Notes under the pieces: model-generated
Seen by the model: the letters and a program-made list of their open reading frames with translations, nothing else
What the model was told of the DNA's origin: nothing
Databases searched by the model: none
Assembly: GCA_963718235.1 (NCBI GenBank)
Contig: CAVQYR010000001.1
Coordinates: 1,920,001 to 1,984,000, forward strand
Length of the DNA stretch: 64,000 nucleotides
Reading direction: 5' to 3'
Source of the DNA: an uncultured Actinomycetota bacterium
GTDB lineage: Bacteria; Actinomycetota; Actinomycetes; JAHEKZ01
In this document: positions 20,516 through 29,951 of the stretch, piece after piece
Position numbering within the stretch: the first letter of the stretch is position 1
How the letters are laid out: the number at the start of each line of letters is the position of its first letter
Position numbers and translations under genes: made by a program

Positions 20516-21739
20516 CTACTTGATGAGGTCGAAGACCTTGAAGATCGGGAGGTACAGGGCGATGATCATCGACCCGACCATGCCACCCAGGACGGCGATC
20601 ATCAGCGGCTCGATCAGCGAGGTGAGCGCCTCAGTGGTGGCCTCGACCTCCTGGTCGTAGAAGTCGCTGATCTTGTGCAGCATCGCGTCCAGCGCGCCCG
20701 TGTCCTCGCCGACGGCGAGCATCTGGACGACCATGGGCGGGAAGACCGAGTGGTTGGCCAGGGGCTGCGTGAGCGACTCACCGTTGCGCACACTCTCCTG
20801 GACGTCCCTGACGGCTCGCGCCACCACGACGTTGCCCGAGGTGTCGGCCACGATGTCCAGGCTCTGCAGGATCGGCACGCCGGCGTGCAGCAGCGTTCCG
20901 AAGTTACGGGTGAAGCGGCTCAGCGCGATCTTCTGGAAGAGGTTGCCGAAGACCGGCAGCTTGAGCTTCAGCGGGTCGACGAAGTTGCGAACCCGCTCGT
21001 CGCGCTTGATCTTCTTCCAGACGACGAGGCTCACGATGCCCAGGATCAGGATGATCGGGAAGAACGTCTTGAGCAGGTTGCTGAGGTTCACCAGGATCAG
21101 CGTGGGCGTCGGGAGCGTCGCTCCGAGACCGTCGAACATCTTGGCGAACACAGGCACGATGAACAGCAGCATGCCCGTGACGGCCAGGAGGGCGATGACG
21201 AAGACCACGACCGGGTACGTCATGGCCGACTTGATCTTGCCCCGCAGCTTCACCTCGGCCTCGTAGTTGGCGGCGATCTGCAGCAGCACCTGGTCCAGGA
21301 AGCCGCCGACCTCACCCGCTCGCACCATGTTCACCATGAGTGGCGGGAAGACATCCTCGTGCGAAGCGAGGGCGTTCGACAGCGACTGACCGGTCTCGAC
21401 CTCGTTGCGGACCTCGCCGAGGACCTCAGCCAGCTTCTTGTTCGGAGTCTGCTCGGACAGGATGTTCAGCGCCCGCAGCAGGGAGAGACCAGAGTTGATC
21501 ATCGTCGCGAACTGCCGAGACATGACCGCCAGGTCCTTGAGCTTGACCTTGGCCCCCATGCCGGGGAGCGTCAGGTCCCGCTTCATCCCAGCCTTGTGCT
21601 CGGAGATCGACATGGGTGCATAGCCCATGCTCTTCAGCTTGCTGGCCACCGCAGACGGTGACTCCGCGTCGAGGGTGCCGGAGACCACGTTCCCGCTGCG
21701 GTCCCGGACGGAGTACTCGTAGGTCGTCGTCGATGCCAT
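20516..21739 (-). CDS. pilC: Type IV pilus platform protein PilC
   Basis: RQFATMINSG, RAGEVGG, KIKSAMTYP, VGEDTGALD, LIEP, YLPIF. Confidence 0.95.
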   Translation of the reverse strand: MASTTTYEYSVRDRSGNVVSGTLDAESPSAVASKLKSMGYAPMSISEHKAGMKRDLTLPGMGAKVKLKDLAVMSRQFATMINSGLSLLRALNILSEQTPNKKLAEVLGEVRNEVETGQSLSNALASHEDVFPPLMVNMVRAGEVGGFLDQVLLQIAANYEAEVKLRGKIKSAMTYPVVVFVIALLAVTGMLLFIVPVFAKMFDGLGATLPTPTLILVNLSNLLKTFFPIILILGIVSLVVWKKIKRDERVRNFVDPLKLKLPVFGNLFQKIALSRFTRNFGTLLHAGVPILQSLDIVADTSGNVVVARAVRDVQESVRNGESLTQPLANHSVFPPMVVQMLAVGEDTGALDAMLHKISDFYDQEVEATTEALTSLIEPLMIAVLGGMVGSMIIALYLPIFKVFDLIK

Positions 21740-21749
21740 GGCTAGCCTC

Positions 21750-23812
21750 TCAGCCCCGTCCGGTGAGTCGGTTGAAGTCCTCGATGTGGTGGCACTTCTC
21801 CATGCCCACCTCGTGGGTGATCCGACCCTTGTTCACCAGGTCGGCGAGGTGCTGGTCCATCGTCTGCATGCCGAACTTGGAGCCGGCCTGCATCGCGCTG
21901 TAGATCTGGTGCGTCTTGCCCTCGCGGATGAGGTTGCGCACCGCAGGAGTGGCGACCATGACCTCTACGGCCACCTGTCGTCCCCGCCCGTCCGCCGTGC
22001 GGCACAGGGTCTGGCAGACCACGCCCTGAAGGGCGCCCGCCAGCTGGGTCCGCACCTGCTGCTGCTGGTGGGGCGGGAAGGCGTCGATCATGCGGTCGAT
22101 CGTCTGGGCGGCGTCCTGGGTGTGCAGGGTGGCGAAGACGAGGTGGCCGGTCTCGGCCGCGGTGAGCGCGATCGAGATCGTCTCCAGGTCACGCATCTCA
22201 CCGACCAGGATGATGTCGGGGTCCTGCCGCAGCACGTGCTTCAGGGCGTTGGCGAACGAACGGGTGTCCTCGCCCACCTCGCGCTGGTTCACGATGCACG
22301 ACTGGTGACGGTGGAGGAACTCGATCGGGTCCTCACACGTCATGATGTGGTCTTTGCGGGTCCGGTTGGCGAGGTCGACGATCGATGCGAGCGTGGTCGA
22401 CTTGCCCGAACCGGTCGGCCCCGTGACGAGCACCATGCCACGGGGGATGTTCGCGAAGTTGGCCACCTGGGGCGGGACGCCGAGCTCCTCCAGCCGCTTG
22501 ATCTCGAACGGGATGAGCCGGAACGCCGCTCCCAGCGAGTCGCGCTGACGGTAGAGGTTGACCCGGAACCGGGCTCGGCCAGGGACCGAGTACGCGAAGT
22601 CCAGCTCGAGCTCCTCCTCGAACTTCTCGCGCTGCTTCTGGGTGATCGCGGCGTACATGATCCGCTGGATCACCGGCGGCGTGAGGACCGGGTAGTCCTC
22701 CATCTGGGCGAGGTGTCCGTTCAGGCGCACCGCTGGGCGGGCTCCGGTCGTGAGGTGGAGGTCGGAGGCGCCGGTCTCCAGCACGTGGATCAGCAGGTCG
22801 GACAGCGAGATCTCCTCGTCGCCCACGGTCTGCTCGGTGCTGCTGCGCTGGTACGCCGACCCGTCCGCCTCGGCGTCCATCAGACCGACCGTCGGCTCGC
22901 CGTAGGGGTCCTCGTAGGTCCCGTCGCCGTCGTGGGCGTCCACCGATGCCAAGGAGCCGGCGAAGTCCTCCGGGCTCGCGCCCGGGTGGACGTGGTCCGC
23001 CACCGGCTCCGGGGCCGCGGGCAGGACCTCGACTGGTTCCGGGGCCACCACCTCGAGGTCAGCGGACTCCTCGGGGGCGGGCTCGGCACTGGACTCCCCC
23101 GCCTGCTCGTAGAAGGCCTGGTAGTCCGTTCGCGAAGGCACCTCGGGGACCAGCTCCACCTGAGCGGCCTCCTCGGCGGCGATCGCCAGCGACATCGGCA
23201 GCGAGCCGCCCAGGGGGGACTCGGGGGCCGACGGCTGGGTCACCGGCTCGACGAGCAACGTCGGGGCAGGCTCGGACTCGCTAACGTCGGCCTGGACCTC
23301 GGGCTGGGCCTGCACCTGCGGCTGCGGCTCGGGCTGGGCCTGGGCCTGGGGCTCGGGCTGGGGCTCGGGCTGGGCCTGGGCCTGGGCTCGGGCTGGGGCT
23401 CGGGCTGGGCCTGGGCCTGGGGCTCGGGCTGCGGCTCGGGCTGGGCCTGGGCCTGGGGCTCGGGCTGCGGCTCGGGCTGGGCCTGGGCCTGGGGCTCGGG
23501 CTGGGGCTCGGGCTGGGCCTGGGCCTGGGGCTCGGGCTGGGCCTGGGCCTGGGGCTCGGGCTGGGCCTGGGGCTCGGGCTGGGCCTGGGGCTCGGGCTGG
23601 GCCTGGGGCTCGGCGTCGACGAAGGCCGACGACGGCTCCGGGGTCGGTGCCGGCTCCGGTGCCGGCTCCGGTGCCGGTTCCGGTGCGTGCGCGGTCGGCG
23701 GCTCGGCCGGCGTCACCGGCGGTGCCTGGGTGAAGAATTCATAGATCGGCGTCGACGTGCGCTCGTCCTCTGACGGCGTGGTTGACGGTCCGCTGTAGCC
23801 CGAGGTCTCCAC
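21750..23812 (-). CDS. pilT: Retraction ATPase PilT with long acidic Pro/Gln N-terminal extension (frameshift near 23385)
   Basis: GPTGSGKSTT, EDPIE, LRQDPD, GHLVFATLH, AVRNLIRE; RBS aaggagg before GTG 23812. Confidence 0.88.
23297..23685. repeat. Coding tandem repeats (QPEPQA)n and (PEPA)n in pilT
   Basis: Arrays of ggctcg / ggctgg / gcctgg hexamers, then ggtgccggctcc units. Confidence 0.92.
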
Positions 23813-23880
23813 GAGACGGGCCTCCTTCGACGCGCGCGGTTGGGTGCGGGCGGTTGCTCGCACGTCCTTCTGGCAGGGCA

Positions 23881-23906
23881 TCGGCGTACCGGCGTCACCC
23901 CTTGAG
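23881..23906 (-). promoter_or_regulatory. Putative sigma28-type promoter of pilT-pilC
   Basis: CTCAAG-N15-GCCGATG. Confidence 0.75.
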
Positions 23907-23947
23907 CCCCCGCCGTACGGACTAGCCCGGCCGTGGTCGGGCCGTCG

Positions 23948-25630
23948 TCACACGACGACGCGCAGGATCTCCTCCATCGAGGTGATCCCCCGGGCGACCT
24001 TGTCCATGCCGTCCAGGCGAAGCGTGATCATTCCCTCGTTGCGCGCGGTCTCGCCGATGACCGTGGCCGAGGAGTGCTCGACCGCATGGCGTTCCACGGC
24101 CTCGGAGACGGCCATCACCTCATGCAGGGCCAGACGGCCCTTGTATCCCGTCTTGGAGCACGAGCTGCAGCCCTTCGGCCGGTGCAGGGTCGGGATCGGC
24201 TCACCGTCCTGCCACGGGTACCTCCCGGCGACGAGCTCCGCGGGGGAGGGCTGGTAGGGCTCCTTGCACTTGCTGCACAGTCTGCGGGCCAGACGCTGGG
24301 CCAGCACGCAGTCCAGCGCCGACCCGACGAGGAACGGCTCGAGCCCCATCTCGGTGAGCCGGGTCACCGCCGAAGGAGCGTCGTTGGTGTGCAGGGTGGA
24401 CAGCACGAGGTGGCCGGTGAGCGCCGCCTCGACAGCGATCTGGGCCGTCTCGTGGTCGCGGATCTCACCGATCAGCACGATGTCGGGGTCACAGCGCAGG
24501 ATCGAGCGCAGGGCCGCGGCGAAGGAGAGACCAGCCTTCGCGTTGGTCTGTACCTGGTTGATCCCGGGGATCCGGTACTCGACCGGGTCCTCCACCGTGA
24601 TCACGTTGACCTCAGGACGCGCGATCTGGTTGAGCGTGGCGTAGAGGGTCGTCGACTTCCCGGAACCGGTCGGTCCGGTCACCAGGATCATCCCGTAGGG
24701 CTTGCTGAAGCTCTGGTGGAAGACGTCGAAGTTGTGCTGGGAGAACCCCAGGTCGGCCAGGTCCAGCCGGGTGTTGGAGTTGTCCAACACACGCATGACC
24801 ACCTTCTCGCCCCACACGGTGGGCAGCGTGGCCACGCGGAGGTCGATCTTGCGGCCCTGGTGGGTCACTGAGAGGCGACCGTCCTGCGGAACACGTCGCT
24901 CGGCGATGTTGATGTCGGCCATGATCTTCAGCCGGCTCGTGACACCGGACTGGATCGTCTTGGGAGACTTCATGACCTCGTGCAGCACCCCGTCGATGCG
25001 GTAGCGCACGATCAGGTGGTGCTCCGTGGGCTCGATGTGGATGTCGGAGGCTCGGTCCTGGATCCCCTGGGTGATGAGCAGGTTGACGTACTTGACGATC
25101 GGGGCGTCCTCGACGACCTCCTTGATCTTGGAGAGGTCGTCCTCCTCGTTGTTGTCCTCGAGCACCGCCTGAAGGTCGTCCAGGGCGTCGTCGGCCCGGA
25201 AGTACCGGTCGATGGCGGCCGCGACGTCGGCCCGCGTCGCCACGACCGGCTTGATGTCGACGAAGATGTTCGCCGACGCCAGCGTCGCCTTGACGTCGTC
25301 GATGGCGAAGACGTTCGCCGGGTCGGCCATCGCCAGCAGCAGCTTGCCGTCGTCGTCGATCCGGATCGGCATGGCGCTGTGCTTGCGGCACATGTTGCCA
25401 GGAACGCGGGCGACGATGCTCGCGTCCACCGGGTAGTCCCCCAGGTCCACGAACTCCAGGCCGATCTGCTGGGCCAGGGCCGCGACCAGCTGGGACTCGG
25501 TCAGCACCCCTTGGTCGACCAGGACCCGGCCGAGTGCCCGCCCCGCCTTCTGGTGCTCGCTGTGGGCGGTGATCAGCTGGTCCTCAGAGACCAGCCCACG
25601 CTCCAGCAGGATGTCCCCCAGCTGCTTCAC
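23948..25630 (-). CDS. pilB: Extension ATPase PilB with MshEN-like N-terminus
   Basis: LGDILLERGLV / LGRVLVDQGVL; ASDIHIEP; GPTGSGKST; two CxxC; GYKGR. Confidence 0.95.
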   Translation of the reverse strand: MKQLGDILLERGLVSEDQLITAHSEHQKAGRALGRVLVDQGVLTESQLVAALAQQIGLEFVDLGDYPVDASIVARVPGNMCRKHSAMPIRIDDDGKLLLAMADPANVFAIDDVKATLASANIFVDIKPVVATRADVAAAIDRYFRADDALDDLQAVLEDNNEEDDLSKIKEVVEDAPIVKYVNLLITQGIQDRASDIHIEPTEHHLIVRYRIDGVLHEVMKSPKTIQSGVTSRLKIMADINIAERRVPQDGRLSVTHQGRKIDLRVATLPTVWGEKVVMRVLDNSNTRLDLADLGFSQHNFDVFHQSFSKPYGMILVTGPTGSGKSTTLYATLNQIARPEVNVITVEDPVEYRIPGINQVQTNAKAGLSFAAALRSILRCDPDIVLIGEIRDHETAQIAVEAALTGHLVLSTLHTNDAPSAVTRLTEMGLEPFLVGSALDCVLAQRLARRLCSKCKEPYQPSPAELVAGRYPWQDGEPIPTLHRPKGCSSCSKTGYKGRLALHEVMAVSEAVERHAVEHSSATVIGETARNEGMITLRLDGMDKVARGITSMEEILRVVV

Positions 25631-27456
25631 TGCGCTTCCTCTCCAGGAACGTCGTCGCCTGACCCCTCCGGGGTCTCATCGGTCGTCTCCCCCTTCTGCT
25701 GGAGCCAGGTGAGCAGTGCGCTCGTCCCCGGGACGGCCTCTTGGGTCGCCGAGCGGACGAGTGCCACGGCGGCCGGGCGCTGGCCCGCAGCCACCAGGAC
25801 GTCGGCCCGCCCCTCGACGGTCGACGGTCGCGGCTGGTCCGGGAAGGCCGCCTCCGACACCTGCAGCCCTTCGGGGACCCGTCCCAGACGGACCAGGGCG
25901 AGGGCACGCGCCTGGGCCAGCACCGGGTCGTCGGCAGCGGCCCGTGCGGTCCGGTCGAACGCCTCTTCGAGCCGGGCCCGGTCCGCGGCGTCGGCCGGGA
26001 CCAACCTGCGCATCGTGGCCAGGTCGACCCGGTCCGTCGGCAGCCCTGCGGCCCATCCCTGGACCAGTCCCGTCGTGCCCAGCAGCCTGCCGACCGGGCC
26101 CAGCATCGACAGCGGCGCCTGCTGGGCTGCGCCGAGCACACTGCTGCCGAGCGCCAGGACGACGGCGACCCCGGTGAGCACGGCCACGGCCCGCGCTGGG
26201 CCGGCGGACGATTCGGGCGTCGGCGACCGCTCGGGGGCCACGAGCACGGCCCCGACGATGGCGAAGGCCGCCAGCAGGGCGGGGTAGTCCCAGTCGAAGT
26301 CGAACAGCGCATGGGCACCCAGGGTGAGGACCGCGGCGGCAGCGGCTGTCCTGGTCACGTCGAGCCGAGCCCGGGTCAGGACGAGCCGAGCCGCGGCCCA
26401 CAGGAGCCAGCCGGTGACCAGCACCACCGGGACGGCGAGCAGCAGTCCGCCGTCGGTCAGCGCCTGCAGCCACCCGTTGTGCACCAGTGCGCTCGCGGAT
26501 GACTCAGCGGGCATCAGGTGCTGACCAGCCGACTCGAACGACCCGAAACCGGCCCCCTGGACCGGGTGCCGCAGCCACAGCTGCCAAGCCGCCGTGAAGT
26601 AGTCGATCCGGATCCCGAGGCTGGACCCGGCGGACTCGACCCGGGAGCCGAGCGCTCCCGAGCCGCTGCCCGAGCCCACCGACAGCGTCAGCACCCGTGC
26701 GACCAGCGGGACGGCGGCGGCCACCGCTGCCAGCCGAACGGCCGCACCCCAGTTGCGCACCGTCGCCGCGGCGACGACCACGGCGATCGCGACCAGCAGC
26801 AAGGTGGCCGCCCGGCTCCCGGACAGCACGATCGCCGCACCGAGGACGGGCGCGAGAACGACACCGAGCGCCCGGGGGCGGCCGGACGCCGACCCGGCGA
26901 GGACCAGCGCGATCGAGGCGGGGGCGAGCATGAAGCCGGCGAAGGAGTTGTGCCAGAAGTACGTGCCGACCCACGGTGCCGTGGCGGTCCCGCCGCCGAA
27001 CCAGGCCCACCAGGCCTGGAACGCCTGGTCCAACCCGACCGCCACGACGACCAGGAGGACCGCCATCCGCCTCTGGGCGGTCGATCCGGCCGCGGCCACG
27101 GCCAGGCCCAGCAGCCCCGCGTACAGCCACGACGCAGCGTCATCCAGGCCCTGCCACCCCGTCGCGCTGATCGCGTTCGAGGCGAGCGCGCACAGGCCCG
27201 GACCGAGAGCGGCAACGAGCGACCACGTCGGGAGCACACGCCAGGGACGGGAGACGACCAGCAAGGGCACCAGGCAGGCCAGGGCCGAGGCGAGAGACAG
27301 CCCGGCCCGTCCCCCTGAGGCGTGACTGAGCCACAGCCCCCATCCCGCGGCCGCCAGCAGCCCGGCTGCTGCCAGGGCCCAGGGGACGTCCGCGGACGGC
27401 GACGCGGTCGCCTCGGCGGGGTCGGTCCTTGCGGGACCGGTCAGGCGCACCGTCAC
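25627..27456 (-). CDS. O-antigen ligase (Wzy_C) family membrane protein, candidate pilin glycosyltransferase
   Basis: Many TMs; SGSRAA, R..YFTAA..HPVQGAGFGSF, HNGWLQAL.DGG, HALFDFDW. Confidence 0.8.
   Translation of the reverse strand: MTVRLTGPARTDPAEATASPSADVPWALAAAGLLAAAGWGLWLSHASGGRAGLSLASALACLVPLLVVSRPWRVLPTWSLVAALGPGLCALASNAISATGWQGLDDAASWLYAGLLGLAVAAAGSTAQRRMAVLLVVVAVGLDQAFQAWWAWFGGGTATAPWVGTYFWHNSFAGFMLAPASIALVLAGSASGRPRALGVVLAPVLGAAIVLSGSRAATLLLVAIAVVVAAATVRNWGAAVRLAAVAAAVPLVARVLTLSVGSGSGSGALGSRVESAGSSLGIRIDYFTAAWQLWLRHPVQGAGFGSFESAGQHLMPAESSASALVHNGWLQALTDGGLLLAVPVVLVTGWLLWAAARLVLTRARLDVTRTAAAAAVLTLGAHALFDFDWDYPALLAAFAIVGAVLVAPERSPTPESSAGPARAVAVLTGVAVVLALGSSVLGAAQQAPLSMLGPVGRLLGTTGLVQGWAAGLPTDRVDLATMRRLVPADAADRARLEEAFDRTARAAADDPVLAQARALALVRLGRVPEGLQVSEAAFPDQPRPSTVEGRADVLVAAGQRPAAVALVRSATQEAVPGTSALLTWLQQKGETTDETPEGSGDDVPGEEAQ
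25679..25704 (-). promoter_or_regulatory. Near-consensus sigma28-type promoter of pilB, inside the upstream gene
   Basis: CTCCAG-N15-ACCGATGA about 50 nt before the pilB start. Confidence 0.5.
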
Positions 27457-27824
27457 CTCGGGGTGATCGGCCGAACGAGTGACGGCCTTGACCTGTTCGC
27501 CGGGTCGGACCCGCCGGCAGGACCGCGAGTCGACCCACGGTCGGTCGGCTGAGGCGGCCGATCGCCGATGAGCGCCGCAGCGACGAGCCGGAAGGCGTGC
27601 GAGCGGGGGTCGTCGCGCAGCAGCTGCACCTGGGTACCGTCACTGAAGCCCAGCGCCACGTCGGCGTCGGGAACCGGGTCCGTGCCTCCTCGAGGCCATC
27701 GGTCGGGGACGGGTCCCACCTCGGAGCTCGCGGGGGCGACCGGGGAGTCGACTGGCCGCACACCCGTGCCGATGCGGTTTCCCGACGCGTGACGGCCACG
27801 AGGCTGTCGCCGGAACCAGCTCAT
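27453..27824 (-). CDS. Hypothetical protein
   Basis: Fills the operon gap, stop overlaps the next start; RGRHA and VALGFSDGTQVQL segments. Confidence 0.6.
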   Translation of the reverse strand: MSWFRRQPRGRHASGNRIGTGVRPVDSPVAPASSEVGPVPDRWPRGGTDPVPDADVALGFSDGTQVQLLRDDPRSHAFRLVAAALIGDRPPQPTDRGSTRGPAGGSDPANRSRPSLVRPITPR

Positions 27825-27842
27825 GGTCTCGCCCGGGACGGG

Positions 27843-28430
27843 CTACACCCCTGCCGGCTGGGCTTCGACGTCGTCCAGCACGGCGTACAGCAGGGCGAGC
27901 AGCACCGACTTGACCGAGTCCTTGTCGGTCGCGTCGCAGGGTACGAGCGGCACGGAGGCGTCGACCCCGACCGCCTGGCGCAGGCGCGCCGACTCGACGT
28001 CGTCCAGCTGCTCCAGCCGGTTGACCGCGACGACGAACGGCACCCGGGCCATCCGCTGGAACGCCTCGCGAATCCCCGACGCCTCGGCAAGGGAGTCGGC
28101 CCGGGTCGGGTCGACGAGCAGGATGTACCCGAGCATCCCCTCGCCGAGGATCTCCCACATGAAGTCGAACCGTTCCTGCCCGGGCGTCCCGAACAGGTAG
28201 AGCACGAGGTCGCGGTCGATCGTGATCCGCCCGAAGTCCATCGCCACCGTCGTCTCGTTCTTGCGGGACTTGGTGTGGTCGGTGATGCCGCGCTCGGTGG
28301 ACAGCACGGTGATCTCCGACACGGTCCGGATGAGCGTCGTCTTGCCCGCGGCGAACGGACCCGTGATGACGATCTTCACCGCCTGGCCGCCGTGGCGACG
28401 CCGCTTGTTGGCGGATTTCGTGGTCATCAC
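27843..28430 (-). CDS. Small Ras-like GTPase (CvnD / MglA-related)
   Basis: KIVITGPFAAGKTT, TTVAMDFG, LYLFGTPGQERFDFMW, VAVN, CDA. Confidence 0.9.
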   Translation of the reverse strand: MMTTKSANKRRRHGGQAVKIVITGPFAAGKTTLIRTVSEITVLSTERGITDHTKSRKNETTVAMDFGRITIDRDLVLYLFGTPGQERFDFMWEILGEGMLGYILLVDPTRADSLAEASGIREAFQRMARVPFVVAVNRLEQLDDVESARLRQAVGVDASVPLVPCDATDKDSVKSVLLALLYAVLDDVEAQPAGV

Positions 28431-29870
28431 AGCCCCCGGACGCCGGCGATGAGCCTCAGCAGGAGGCTGCGGTTGACCGAAGGGTCACGCTCGATCGCGC
28501 TGTGCCCGATCGGTTGGGCAGCAGCGGCGGCCCCACCCATCGAGCCGCCCATGGAGACCGGTGCGCTCATCGGACGGGTGCATCGGGTGGGCCATCGGCT
28601 GGGCCATCGGCTGGGCCATCGGCTGGGCCACGGGACCACTCGGGGGTGCCGCAGCGTGGTGCGCCACGACGTGCTGGGCGGCCGGCTGCTCGACCGCACC
28701 GGGCTGGATGACGGGGGGGCCGGGCACGTTCCTGGGCTGCACCGGTGCGACCGGTGTCCCCGGGGCCGGGAAGCCGGCCCGGGAGGGTGTGGACTCCGGC
28801 TCGGGGTGATCGACGGACCGCTTGGGCAGGAACGGCTCGGGGCGCGGCGGAACCACGTCCTCCGGCTGGTGTGCGCCGCCGAGCCGAGCGGCCGGGGCTT
28901 GCGGGTGCCCCGGGGGCAGGGCCGGCGACGAGGTCGGCTGACCGGGTGGGTACTGCTGGGCCGGCGCCTGGACCGACAGCTGGGCCGACTGCTGGACTGA
29001 CTGCTGGGGGTACGACGAGGGGTCCGCCACCAGCGGGGCCACGATCGACGTGCCGTTCGGCACCGCTTCCGGTGCAGCGTCCGGTCCGGCGTCCGGTGCC
29101 TGCTGGTACCTGCCCTCCAGTACGCCGAGCAGGGCCTGGCGACGCAGGACGACGGTCACATGGTCCGCCGCGTCCTCGTCACGCAGCAGGAGCAGTCCCC
29201 GCTGCACCAGGGAAGCGAGGGCAGCCACGACCCCGTACTGCCCGGCACCACTCAGGGCGACCAGGTCGCCGACGCTTCGGGAGCCGTCGATCAACGACAG
29301 CAGGGCCCACTCGTCGCGGCTGACGCTCGGGTCGTCGTCCAGCACCACCGGCATGGTCAGGACGACGTCGGGCGAGGGGATGACCTTGGAGACCCCGTCC
29401 CAGGTGTCGCGACGGGCCGTCGCCTCGGTCACGACCTCCTCGGAGGACACCGAGATCCCGACCTCGTCGGGGTTGGCCTCGTCGACGGTGAACGAGAAGT
29501 CGCCGTTGGGCCAGCGCAACAGGTCGAAGACGGCGTCGATCGTGTGCTCGGTGGCCAGGGTGCGCAGGACGTCCGCGTCTGCGGAGCCGGACTCAAGAAC
29601 GGCCCGGGCCACCCCGATCGACTCCGCCGCACAGCGATCGACGGCGCGACGCAGCGCGGCGTCGTCGACCACGCCCAGGCCGACGAGGCGACGGGCCAGA
29701 CCCTGCCGGGCCTCGTCGCTCACCGCTCCGGTGATCTCGCCCTGGGCGAAGTAGACCGCGCCGGAGACCTGGCCGTTGGCCAGGTGCAGTCCCCCGGACT
29801 TCTTCGTCAGGCTCAACAGCTGGAAGACGTCCGGGAGGCTGAACGCGTCGAGTGAACCCTCGAGCTTCAC
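28427..29870 (-). CDS. DUF4388 (PATAN-like) domain protein, frameshifted near 28575
   Basis: MKLEGSLDAFSLPDVFQLL..KKSGGL..VYFAQGEI; LLRWPNGDFSF; winged-HTH-like IDGSRSVGDL; shifted tail NRSLLLRLIAGVRGL. Confidence 0.8.
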
Positions 29871-29886
29871 GTCTCGTCCCGTCTCT

Positions 29887-29918
29887 GGGTCTGGTGGGTG
29901 GGTCTGGTGGGTGGGTCT
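29887..29918. repeat. 13-bp intergenic tandem repeat
   Basis: gggtctggtgggt x2 plus a partial copy. Confidence 0.8.
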
Positions 29919-29951
29919 AGGAGCCGGAGCCGTCGGGTCGAGACGCCGGCC

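Noticed and set aside
23297-23612. Repeat array as CRISPR, or as a Trp/Gly-repeat protein (ORF 21738..23744 +)
   Set aside because: It has no unique spacers and no cas genes. The hexamer units encode QPEPQA on the pilT strand, so the + ORF is an antisense shadow.
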